Assembly (NCBI RefSeq): GCF_001186125.1 | Contig: NW_014040369.1 | Span: 1-44,082, forward strand | Length of the DNA stretch: 44,082 bases | Direction: 5' to 3' | Source of the DNA: Sphaeroforma arctica JP610 | Lineage: Eukaryota | Shown here: positions 11,578-23,500 of the stretch, piece after piece | How positions within the stretch are numbered: the first letter of the stretch is position 1 | How the letters are laid out: each line of letters starts with the position of its first letter | The notes under the pieces: generated by a model | What the model was told of the DNA's origin: nothing | The model's input: only the letters and a program-made list of their open reading frames with translations | Database searches by the model: none | Position numbers and translations under genes: made by a program

Positions 11578-12134
11578 AGTTGTGTTTCTTCACACTCTCA
11601 TCTACTCGCATCACCTCGTTTCACTGTGTAGTACGATGGTTACCGTTTCCTTCACTATATTCTAATACACATATGTTTACCTCTAGTTCTTGCCCCAATC
11701 CTCATACCGCATGTATTGCTCACTATTTTCATAGGGGGGGGGTTTTTTTTAGGCATATAGATTGTGAACTATGATAGCTTCTTGATACCACGTCAATGCA
11801 CGGTTGTAGAATTCGGTTTGTGATATACCTAGCTGCGCCTGATGCAAATGAGGTAGAAAAAGTTGTGTTTCTTCACACTCTCATGTACTCGCACCACCTC
11901 GTTACACTGTGTAGTACGATGGTTGCCGTTTCCTATCACTATATTCTAATACACATATGTTTACCTCTAGTTCTTGCCTCGATTCTCATACCGTATGTAT
12001 TGCTTACTATTTTCATGGGTTTTTTTAGGCATATAGATTGTGAACTATGGTAGGTTCTTGATACCATGCCAATGCACGATTGTAGAATTCAGTTTGTGAT
12101 ATACCTAGCTGCGCCTGATGCAAATGAAGTAGAA
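11578..12134. repeat. Direct tandem duplication, ~283-bp unit x2
   Basis: agttgtgtttcttcacactctcat...gcgcctgatgcaaatga at 11578 and 11861. Confidence 0.95.
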
Positions 12135-12379
12135 TACGACGATCTGACCCGTCGACACACACTTGCGTATGCAATACAAACACACAGGAGACAGAAATAA
12201 AAACAGATTTAGTGCCCAAAACTCTCACAGACACTCCTGAGAATTGTCGGAGCTTCGTTTGCTGGCACTGAGACAATTTTAACCCCACCCCGCCAACACA
12301 AAGTCAAACTGATCTACCTATAGTTAAATCGTGCGACATGAATGCTATCAACTCTATTCGAAACTCTATCCGAAATCAA

Positions 12380-15300
12380 ATTTTAGATACTCGTCCCGGA
12401 TTCAAAGTTCACATGTTTGATAAACTGCTCGACTTTAAGTTGACGCTACCTTGAATCTCAGAATGGTTTTGCGACTGACGATACTGGTGTTCTCAAGCAT
12501 AAGTAACTTCTAGGAATTAATATAGAGAAGATTTTCACGTGTACATCATGTGTAAAATATTTGATTATGTTTAGTGGAGTTTAATTTACTTAGTAGAGTT
12601 TTCGTGAGTTATTTAAGTATTAACTCAACTCTCGGGAGTATTTTAATCAACTTGGTTAGATCTCGAGAGTGTGCGAGCTTTGATGACTTCTATAAATCAA
12701 AGGGTTTCTTGCTGTAAAATCTGACCTGAGACCTGTAGGCTCTCACAATATACTCTCAAATATGTCCATTTGTACTATCAGTACTACAGTATCTTGAAAT
12801 GAAGAGTATATGGGAACAATGCATGTCACGTGTGTATGAATGTCTCTCAGAGTTTTAGCGATGATCCTCAAGACAAACATTTTGCGGTTGTACTCGAGTC
12901 TGTACACGACTCTAACTGTGAGCGAATAACGCACGTGCTGAAATTTCTTCAATAGCTCAATAGTCTTTATTGGGAATTCTAATGTATACCCAGAGAGCTC
13001 GGGATGTAAACCGGCATTCGCATTCGGCTGCTGATGTCATACACATCAGTATTCGTGGGAAAGACATATGTATATGACAAAGCCGGTTGATAAATTGCTT
13101 CACCCAGCTTCCCCGGTTGTATACTGGGCTGAAAATATCGATACCATTAAATAGGCACACAGGGTCGGTCACCGGTTGCTAACTTGCTGATGCGTACTTT
13201 GTTATAGTTTCCAAAATTAGTTTCATTTCTTGTTCTTGAATCTTTTAGTCGTTTAGTAGACTATATTTTCTAGTACAAGAATTGAGCCAATGTGTACAGA
13301 AAGTCTAAGTGAAGACGGCAACACATCAGTTTCACATAAGAAGGCGTTTTGATAACCAAACTGAGCGGTAAAAAATGAGGCGGCGGCAAGGAACGCGAAA
13401 GCGCAACTGATTGACGACCTTTCATTAACCACGAGTGGCGGGATAGTTGTATATAACCAATAGACGCACGGTATTTAGCCAACATGTAAATCCACAATAA
13501 GAACTTTATCACGATTTTACTGATATCAAATGCTTGATGCGCTGTTGTGCGAACCCAATGAAATATACTACTAGCACTTCAATGTCCTCCACAGAAACTA
13601 TTTTTTAATTTTCAACGCTTCAGCAGAAGTTATCAGTGACAGTCAGTCAGTATCCCTAAAGCATTAATGCGAAATACTATCACATGTTATTTGTTGGATT
13701 TATGGGCTTCGAACCCCTCCGAGAAAAATTACATACTATCTACCGCAGACAGTTTCCCAAACTGCGAACATTGAGTATCAATTAATTTCTCTGTTAGGCC
13801 ACTTTTCACATTTGTACATCATTTTACGTTTAGTCGCGGTCACCAAATTTGCTTAAAGAGCATTACCGACTACTATGTTAGCAAGTATTGCAGCCTTGAT
13901 CTTGTCGTCTAAATTTTGTCGTGTCCTCGCAAAAACATTCCGGTCTCACGCACAGTCTGTAAACATGCCTATGCAGAGAACGAATCAGTGTGAGGGGATA
14001 ATCAAATTTGAAGAGGGGGGGAATAAAAATGATAGACATATACATGCTGACAAATTTAAAAGCAAGTTGGCGGTGCCAATCTTTAAATGTTCAGTTTTCG
14101 TAGTGCTCGCGTGAGATTCGTAGCATACAAACAGTATCCAGTTCGATCATTTCGATATCTCACGTGCCAAGAACGAAGCAGATAGACATCATTAAATAAA
14201 AATAGCAACACAACCCATCCCTGATACGCACGTTCGGTACCGTTGATAGCTACCTTTAAGCATTTAGTACTGTTAGCATCTATCTACGTTACGCTGCTTG
14301 CTGTCCTTCTAATAGATGCACGATTCGAGGCAAAATTTGTACCTGTCGTGGAAGACACGATTTTATTGTAAGTTGTGCTTATCTAATTGGGAAGTATCTT
14401 TCTGCAGCCGAATATATGCATTTACAACGTAAAGGTAGGTTGTAGAGTTCAGTTTTAACGAAGGGGCAATCTACCATAAAACACTAGGTATTGCGGCAGT
14501 TGATAGATATGACTTGTAACCGAGTCAGCTTTACTTAATTGCTTTAGCTAGGCCATGTATATGACTAAATCTGGCATCACATCGTTTTTTAGCCAAACCC
14601 GCCGCTAATGAGAACGTACATATCAACACATAACCGACAGATATATAGCGGCCGATAACAATTAGAAAGCACAGGGTCTCTGATACTTTGAACTGAGTGG
14701 CTTATACCTTTGTGTGCCTAGTTATGCATAAGCACATGCAACCTAAAGCGCTTATACAGTATTCACTCGAACCATTTATGAACATGCCTCACGAGTGACT
14801 GTCAACAAACCTCTCATTGGTTCCATACTTAGCAAATGTACAAGCAGAGTTTCATTTGTGTGAATATACTTCGGTTAGGTAAAAGAAATACCAAGACAGT
14901 CAGTTTCAGTTGACCAGAAGCATGGTGTGTAGATTTGTATATAATCAATGCTAGGTGCGACAAGAGGATTGCAAAAGTCTTTAAACCTATAGAATATTGT
15001 AGTCTACGTTTTACTTTATTGCAAATTAAGTTTGGGAAGCATATACAAGGACTTTCTGATGTTGTACTTTGAACGTGTAAGACAATTACTCCCCTACGAG
15101 CTCATACGGGGCTGAAACTAGACCATCACAAGTGTGAAGGTATTCCAAAACAGTGTCGAGCAAAACACTAATAGATAACATCAAACAATGGCTATCATAA
15201 TATAACGCAGCTAGGATTTGTGCAATCGGCATAAGTTGGTATATGCGACTATTCAGGTTGTTTAGTAGTGAAGAACGCGTCATAGTATGACCATAAGCTG

Positions 15301-18060
15301 AGACATGGACGCATCAGTGACCAACTACTGCTTGCGCGTGTTAATTTTTATGATGATGAGCTCGGCTATTGAACAATCACAATTTTTCTCTTAGACCGGG
15401 CTACAGGTTAATGACATTTCTGTTTTAGAGCTAAAATCTCTTGACCTGCAAAATGTGAGCGTGTATATGTTCCGACTGAAACTCTGTCACATTTGTTACA
15501 TTTCCGTTAGTGACAATTGAAAAATAGTAGCCAATACTAATACTTTAGCTAACGGCCTGTCTTTTCCTGAGCTAATGTGTGGCGCCCTCAATCCCTGGGC
15601 AATGAACTTTTTCACGGTCTACAACCTGTTCACTACCCTCGTGAGAAATTTATGTATGCCTCGGTAGTAATATAACTAAAAGGACTCGATTTAGTATGTT
15701 TGAAATCATAATTACTTCAGTGGGTTTTTGCCAGTGGAGTAGTCGATCATCTATGAACCTTATAACCATCTGACTTATCCCTGTGTTGTATCGTAAGGTG
15801 CCCTCGATCCCTAGGCAATGGGCTTTCTCACGGTCAACAACTTGCCCGCTATCCTCGTACTAAACCTGTGTGGATCTGGGTAGTTGTAACTGAAATGACT
15901 GAATTTAGCAAACAAGTCAGAATGCACAATGATATGGTTATTTTAGAATTAAAAACTATTCAGCATAGGTACAGATCTAACATGCTTGGTGTAAGTTAAA
16001 CGGCAATTGCTGACCGAGACATCGAGATTACACAGAAATTGGCAACTATAACCCATGCTAATTTGTCTGTCTATTTATATCTCAGAATTGTATAGTAAAT
16101 TAGCTGAGAACTTGCTAGTGCTAGGCTGGCTGCTCTTTGATTTATACCTACAAGTTGCTTGTTATACATCTACTTTTTCACTGCAGATACCTGGAGGTCA
16201 ACCCAATGATTCCACAATTGCCGATGGGTACATTTGACAGGGCAGCATCTCTAAAATCTTTGTATGTATACCAGTCTGAGCCTTGATTATTCTCCTGCTA
16301 GTGTACTTGAATCAGCAGCACACAGCAATTAACAAACTACACCACTTTTCCGGCTGAAGAAAGTGAATACTTTCAACTCTTGCGGTTATATATTTCAAGG
16401 TCGAACTTGTGCGTTCAGATGACGTTGCTCTTTTACCAACATTCGGACTTACATCTATATATGTTCACTGGCGTTCCCATTTGCGTTGTGATTATGAAAT
16501 ATCTCATTTATAGCACAGTTGAAGTGTGCTTGACTCTTTCGGAGTACATAAATGAGTACAACGACTACTATTTTAAAAAGAGTACGAGTGATATACCTAG
16601 ACCTCCTGTCACACAAAGCCACACCGACGAAAATCCAATCGGTCGAAAATTACGGTTGCGGAGAGTAGTACGGCTTCTGACCCTTCAAACACCGGTCCAC
16701 GGCTTGACATTAAATCCGGCCAGCGCGTACTTATAGCACAGACAAGATGTAAGCTCATGTATCTCCCGGTAAATTGTGAATACTGGTGTACGTCATGTCA
16801 CTAGGAGATTAAACATTTCTCACTTCAAATACCTACCTTGGACCAGGTGTCCAAATGTTTTCAGATGCACATGCGCAACAAATATTGATACAAATATCCA
16901 TTAATAAGCTGACTCATAGGTCTCATCTAGCACCGACAATCAACTTGACTGTATCGTATGTGCTATTGAACGTGTCATTGTTTACGCGACAAAAGTCGTA
17001 TATTTATAGAGTTGACTAGCAAAGTTGTGACTACAAATGCCTACCTGTGTGTTTATACTGTGAAATATTCAAGTATGTTCGTAATTTTCGGAGAGCGTAT
17101 AATCATTGACAAACAGTACTTTTCTGCATGCTTGCCGACACCTATACGCACGAGCTCTGAGAGTACACAGGGTAAGCTCGTGTTTTCGAGTGAATAGTCT
17201 TGGTAATGAGTGCACGTCGATGAATCCAATGATTTTCCTTGATTTCAAAATGTGCTATTTATACGTAGGGTTGTTGTGGGCCGTAATGAAAGTGAGGATA
17301 GGTTGTTTCTTACTGTCTTTGGAAAAGACTTTTTCTTTAAACTGATTTCCCTGATAGAGATATAGTTGGTCGTGATGATTGTGATTAAATATGCCACCTT
17401 CCAGTCCAATAACTAATGACCTTACTGCATTGAAGGGGGTTTCCCGGACGAGAATTCGCACCTTCGACATGAATGAAATAATACCATATTGGTTTCAGAG
17501 CCTCACAACAGTCATATGTTACTGTATGTAAACTATATCAAGATTACATTGATCATAGCAATTTACTCTAATTGTAGAATTGCGGACGATGTACTGTACA
17601 AGTTATCCGAGCAATGTATCATACAAGTTATCCAACCCATTGTAATCGTAAAACCTGGGAGATAAATTTTAGTGTTATTAAAAAAGACAACTTAAATATG
17701 ATCATGGTTGAATAGTAGTGCAACTATATCATATAAAAAACCCATTTTTTTTGTAAATCATCCCTAATCTTGAAGTTACTATCTTGGATTTTATTAGACA
17801 GCGGATTTGCACTTATTACATTCCAGATAGGGAAACTGCGATGTCTTTGAAATGTGTACATTGCACGTGCACATCGATCCTTCCAGGCTCGCAATGTCAA
17901 TAGTCCTCGAGATATCAGTACACTCATTTGCCTTTCGGGGTTTTACCTTAAGGGAGAAGGGTTTCTTCTCTTCATTTTCCTCTTATTCCATAGTCGAGAA
18001 CAGAATTGACCTCTTGCCTTTCATATATAGCCAATAATTCAAACACTGTCGAAGTTGTAT
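12380..18060 (+). pseudogene. Decayed multi-exon leucine-rich-repeat (LRR) gene
   Basis: One intact 75-nt phase-2/2 exon at 16187-16261 (ctgcag|a YLEVNPMIPQLPMGTFDRAASLKS tt|gtatgt). Further LRR-like fragments: NCFTQLPRLYTGLK (13093), KLHTIYRRQFPKLRTL (13726), TFKHLVLLASIY (14252), ELKSLDLQN (15428), IPYWFQSLTT (17481), VHSFAFRGFTLRE and ENRIDLLP (ORF 17852-18037). Boundaries approximate. Confidence 0.55.
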
Positions 18061-18639
18061 AATGTTTGGAAAAAAGGGCATCTCAATATCTTGTGCACAT
18101 ACATAGAGTATAACACATATATAGCTTTCTGTATGCACACGGTGATGCATTGATTTCTTCTAAATTATACCTATTATTGATATATTCACTCTGACAACTA
18201 CATGCAGTGCGTTGGTGCATCTACAGTACAATTTTAAAAGTGCCAGAGGTCAGAAGAATAAAAGGGGGGCGGATTCTCTAAAAAAAATAGCGACTTGGAA
18301 TCGCCTTCTCTATGAAACAAAACGATTGCAATTTTGCTTTTGAGGAACGTTTTAAAGAGTCTCGTTGTAATGTTCCAGTGCGGAATCCACTTTATGTTGG
18401 TTATTGGATTCATTCAATCAATAACAGGTCGGCACAGTGTAAATCTCTTTCAGCGATACCAGTGGGACATAATGTAAACTTCGATGGATATTTCTATGTT
18501 TTATACTATGTTATATAAACTAAGATACAATTTAAGTCAGTTAGGATTTAGCAGTGGTAGCTTGTGTAAGGATGATCGGGACTGCCTCTTGGTAAGAGCC
18601 TTAATATCCTCGACCACACAGGACTTACTTCTACCGCTT

Positions 18640-19321
18640 GTTATTCACTATAGCGGCCAAAGAAATAGTGAAACGGGAGTGTTCCAGTTTGAGGATTCAT
18701 GCAGTTATTCATTTGAGTCTGAACCCATTTCAAATGATAAGGCTACATATCCTCAACGTCATCTAGAGCGGTACCCAATAGCTTCTTTAGTTCTCTATGA
18801 CGTGTCCTATTTGCACCCTGCGTTTGAGGTTTATAAGGAACACCACGCCTTTGGGTCATGCCTGATACGAGTATAAGAAACTCACTACCGTCATCAGAAC
18901 ATAGCACTCGGGGGAAACCGAAGTCATTAAAGACATGATAGCATAACTCTGCCACTGTTTGCGGGCGTTTGGTCGGTATTGCATAAAGCAAGCTACAGCC
19001 CGAAGCCACACATAAGAAATGACAGATATATACATCGCCAGTATGCTTGAATCGCGGGAGTTTAACCAAATCGAATATGACTCGGCGCATCGGTTGGTCT
19101 TGGCACACTTTCTAGGGGTGCCCAACCGTAGCGCTTGATCTGGTTCTTTTCACAATCAGTACAGCGTCGGTATACTTCACGTATGGTTTCTTTCAGCGTC
19201 GGGTGATCAAGCCCTGGACGAATAGCCATCTTATAAGTATGCTCATATGATCGATGAGTTAAATTATGTATTATTTTAACTCTACTCTCGAGCTCTTCTA
19301 TTTCAGTCAGATCCTGTGAAA
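18640..19321 (-). mobile_element. Frameshifted retroviral-like (rve, HHCC-DDE) integrase remnant: Ty3/Gypsy, Ginger or Polinton type
   Basis: The - strand reads IIHNLTH...RRCTDC (zinc finger), RVIFDL, FGFPRVLCSDDGSEF, PYKPQTQGA and QMNNCMNPQTGTLPFHYFFGR, with frameshifts; cut by the N-gap at 19322. Confidence 0.9.
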
Positions 19322-19847
19322 NNNNNNNNNNNNNNNNNNNNNNNNNNNNNNNNNNNNNNNNNNNNNNNNNNNNNNNNNNNNNNNNNNNNNNNNNNNNNNN
19401 NNNNNNNNNNNNNNNNNNNNNNNNNNNNNNNNNNNNNNNNNNNNNNNNNNNNNNNNNNNNNNNNNNNNNNNNNNNNNNNNNNNNNNNNNNNNNNNNNNNN
19501 NNNNNNNNNNNNNNNNNNNNNNNNNNNNNNNNNNNNNNNNNNNNNNNNNNNNNNNNNNNNNNNNNNNNNNNNNNNNNNNNNNNNNNNNNNNNNNNNNNNN
19601 NNNNNNNNNNNNNNNNNNNNNNNNNNNNNNNNNNNNNNNNNNNNNNNNNNNNNNNNNNNNNNNNNNNNNNNNNNNNNNNNNNNNNNNNNNNNNNNNNNNN
19701 NNNNNNNNNNNNNNNNNNNNNNNNNNNNNNNNNNNNNNNNNNNNNNNNNNNNNNNNNNNNNNNNNNNNNNNNNNNNNNNNNNNNNNNNNNNNNNNNNNNN
19801 NNNNNNNNNNNNNNNNNNNNNNNNNNNNNNNNNNNNNNNNNNNNNNN
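19322..19847. other. Assembly gap (N run); other gaps at 25785-26020, 33357-33416, 34721-34740 and 42479-42498
   Basis: N characters; the other four gaps abut (TA)n or (TATG)n microsatellites. Confidence 1.
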
Positions 19848-20293
19848 TTTCGGTTGACAGCCACGCTCCGAGTTGACGCCTTTGTAGTAGCAAGGTTTCC
19901 ATATATTTATAAAAAATAAAAATAAAAACTATGGTGAACCGAGTAGGCAGAATAAGGGAATTTCTACTTTTGGCGGGATCCTAGGCTAGAAGAGAGCCGG
20001 TAAATAAAATAAATATATATTAGATCTCCGATCGTCGATCGATCTTGCTATATATTTATTCCAATTTTTATAAACTAGGCGTATCAATACACTTCAACCT
20101 ATTTATATACTTTATTCAGTCTATGACTGGCATGTGCTGTCCGATACGCATTGGGTGTCGTGTGTGTAGTGGTGTACATGCAGTCTAGTAGTCAGAAGCA
20201 CTCCCGTCCAGTGCTTTCGTGTGTGTCCATTGACAGTTGTGCGTCAGACTGATCAGCTCCGTAAACTTACGTGTGCATGACGCCAACTGCAAC

Positions 20294-20561
20294 ATGTTCT
20301 TCAATCGCAAAGTTGAGCTGGTGGACACCTCTGGCCTACACGGTCTATCGTTGGGGTTTGATTTAGACCCCAATTCACTCTATACATATCTTGAGAACAT
20401 ATCCAAAGGAGAGACAAATGGTTTACCACCCCCTGCAACTTGTGAGTTGATTAAGTCTTTGCTCGATGTCAAGCAGCAGCCCGCGCGGCGTCGGCCAAGG
20501 AGGCCACGAGTTATGCAGAACTATAACCGTAACACCGATAAAATAGGAACCATGACCAAAG
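20294..20561 (+). CDS. INTS8: INTS8 exon 1
   Basis: MFFNRK...SLGFDLDPNSLYTYL...PPPATCELIKSLL resembles the WFEFLL...P.P..LI..FL N-terminus; donor G|GTAGGT. Confidence 0.75.
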
Positions 20562-23500
20562 GTAGGTAGAAGGTGCACAGGCATACATCTACTGGACTAT
20601 TCGTTTGGATGTCCTGTAGATGTACGAACAAAGTAATGTACCTTGCATGCACACGTGATGATACACATGCATCTTTACACGGATACCTCTTTTGTTTGAT
20701 TATTCTATAATAGTGTTATTCTATAATAGGGCGTAAAAATAGACAGTGTACCTCTCTGGCGTACCTTTGAAAGAGTTTTGTACGTAAACATTGCACATTG
20801 TGGTTCACATTAGAGAACTGAAGTTTCTACATAGTTCGCGTGTCTACTTTGCAAAATTTTCAATACGTATGAATGTGTTGTAATGGTATGCCACTACACA
20901 TGGACATACACTAATCTGATACAACGCACACTCTGAGTGTTTGCCGCATGTTTAGCAGGGGCTCATCATGTGCCAGTGTTCATGAACTCCGATATATTTC
21001 ATCACAAACGATTGAATTATATGCGTGTAAATACGTTCAGATAAGAAATGCAGATAGCCTATCCCACAAGCACTCGTGACGACTTGTTAAAGCGTTGGTA
21101 TCATGAACGTGTATTCAAATAGGGGTAGCTGCAAGGACATATTGTAGTTTATTTATCGCACACGAACGAGCCGATCTGAGCGAATTCTTTGTTTGTGAGT
21201 GTTCGAGTTCGAAAGCGCGAGGGAGGTCGTATTCAGAAGTATACACAGGCAACACACATGTCAATCTGGATAAGTATGTGAGCGTAAATATAGCTATGCA
21301 TCTTCAAACATGTTTTGCAAGAACATATTTTAGTTTATTTATCATAACTGCACACGAACGAGCCGATCTGAGTGAATTCTTTGTTTGTGCGTGTTCGAGT
21401 TCGAGTGCGCGAGATCGTATTCAGAAGCATACACAGGCAACACACTCGTCAATCTGGATAAGTATGTGAGCGCAAATATATCCATGCATCCTCAAGCATG
21501 TTTTAGGGTTTAGCTAAACCCGTATTGGACGCAAATATAGGCAAAGGTGTTTCGCATACGCCTACGTATACTTTGCAAACACATCTTTACCAGATTCTTG
21601 TACTTGGGCGTGTTTGTTAAATCCACATGTGGAACTTTTATTTGAATGACAAATAGAGGGACAAACATTTGTAGCGCGTCGTGTAGTATCATCTCAAGAG
21701 TATCCTGTATTGCAAGCATCAGAGGATTAGCCATCTCACCTTAAGCATCAGTATATCAACAGTCTCACCATATAACTCCAGCAGTTCCAAATGGATCTCT
21801 AGCCACGTACTTGCATAATCATCTTTTGGTACTTAGAGGGAAATGCTTGCACGGAATCATAAACCTCAGGTCGAGTGTTTGTGCTTGTATTATAAAATCC
21901 ACATGTGTTCGACTACATATACGTTTGCGATACTCAGCAATGTTCCTTGCATGACTCACACCGCTGCTTGTTTAGTGCTGTTTAGTAAGCCTCGCCTATT
22001 TCTGCGTCACACATAAATCTGTACCTCTAGATGAAATAGACGTTCAACATATGCCCTTATCTCTGCGTACATCCACACATGGCTGCCCACATACAGCGTG
22101 TTCGTTGTATTGTATCGTCTGGTACTCCGTGCACCTCTGCCAAGGCTCACACTTATTCATACCACATTCCATCGAAACACACATCTACCACACCCTCCCT
22201 TATACATACTCTCACACAGTGTACGTTAGCATGCCATACAACACACTTCTATCACACCCTCCCTTACACATACTCTCAAACTGTGCAGAGGCGATGGCTG
22301 ATCTTCTGGAGACGACGTCTACTCTGTTGAGGATGCGTGTGAGTCGTCGCAAGGGCTTAGCGCTGGTGGTGATTGCTGAGTTGGGCGTGAATCTGGCGTA
22401 TCTGGAAGATCACTTGCCGTGGCCCATATTACGAGCGCTGCTATGGCCTTTGCAGGGGACAGGTGTGTTGTGTGTGTGAGTGTGGTCATGTGTAGCACGG
22501 GTGGGTGTGTGTGTGAGTGTGGTCATGTGTAGCACAGGTGGGTTGTGTGTGTGAATGTGGTCATGTGTAGCACAGGTGGGTTGTGTGTGTGAGTGTGGTC
22601 ATGTGTAGCACAGGTGGGTGGGTGTGTGAGTGTGGTAATGTGTAGCACAGGTGAGTTGTGTGTGTGAGTGTGGTCATGTGTAGCACAGGTGGGTGTGTGT
22701 GTGAGTGTGGCCATATGTAGCACAGATGGGTTGTGTGTATGAGTGTGGTCATGTGTAGCACAGGTGGGTTGTGTGTAAGAGTGTGGTCATGTGTAGCACA
22801 GGTGGGTGTGTGTGTGAGTGTGGTCATATGTAGCACAGGTGGGTTGTGTGTGTGAGTGTGGGAGTGTGTAGCACAGGTGGGTTGTGTGTGGGAGTGTGGC
22901 CGCGTGCAACTGGAGTGCTTGTGAGACTGCCTCTTTGAGTGTAGATATGTTTGTGAGAAGGTCTGTGTAGCGTCTGATTGTGTGAGGGGCAGTGCTGCAT
23001 TCGGAGACCAGGGCTGTGTGAGCATATTGGGCAGTACATCTGACACACACTGTACAATAAGCGTAGCGCCACTAGGGGTGCTTGCGTGCTTCCAAGTGGT
23101 TCAGGTAGCGGATTTCATTCTTTCACCTTCACTCACTCGCTACATGGGCAACTACATCGGAGTGAGTTTAGCAAACATCAAATGACCTGCGCGAGTCATG
23201 TACGATTGTTGCCGAGGTAGGCCTTTACGGGACACGTAAGCGGCCGAAGTACTCACATAAGCGGTTGAATGAGTCGCACACTATTCGTAGACACCGATTT
23301 TAAAGTTTAGGGTTTTAGGGTATTAGGGAAGGTTAGGGTTGAGGGTTTATGGATATGCAAAGGGACTGCTGTCCGTAGGAAAATTGAGTGCATGTTACAT
23401 GTACGTACAATAGTATCTACACACTCCAGCAGTAGCGATCAATCTCCGCTAATACCTATTCCGCAGAACCACCCCCGGGGGCCACGACCAAGGTGTTCTG

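Noticed and set aside
18258..18273. Polypurine tract aaaaggggggcgga as a retroelement PPT
   Set aside because: It is on the opposite strand to the integrase and no adjacent LTR pair is visible.
22523..23072. His/Thr-rich repeat proteins on the - strand (also YI/CV-rich ORFs elsewhere)
   Set aside because: Translations of intronic mini- and microsatellites.
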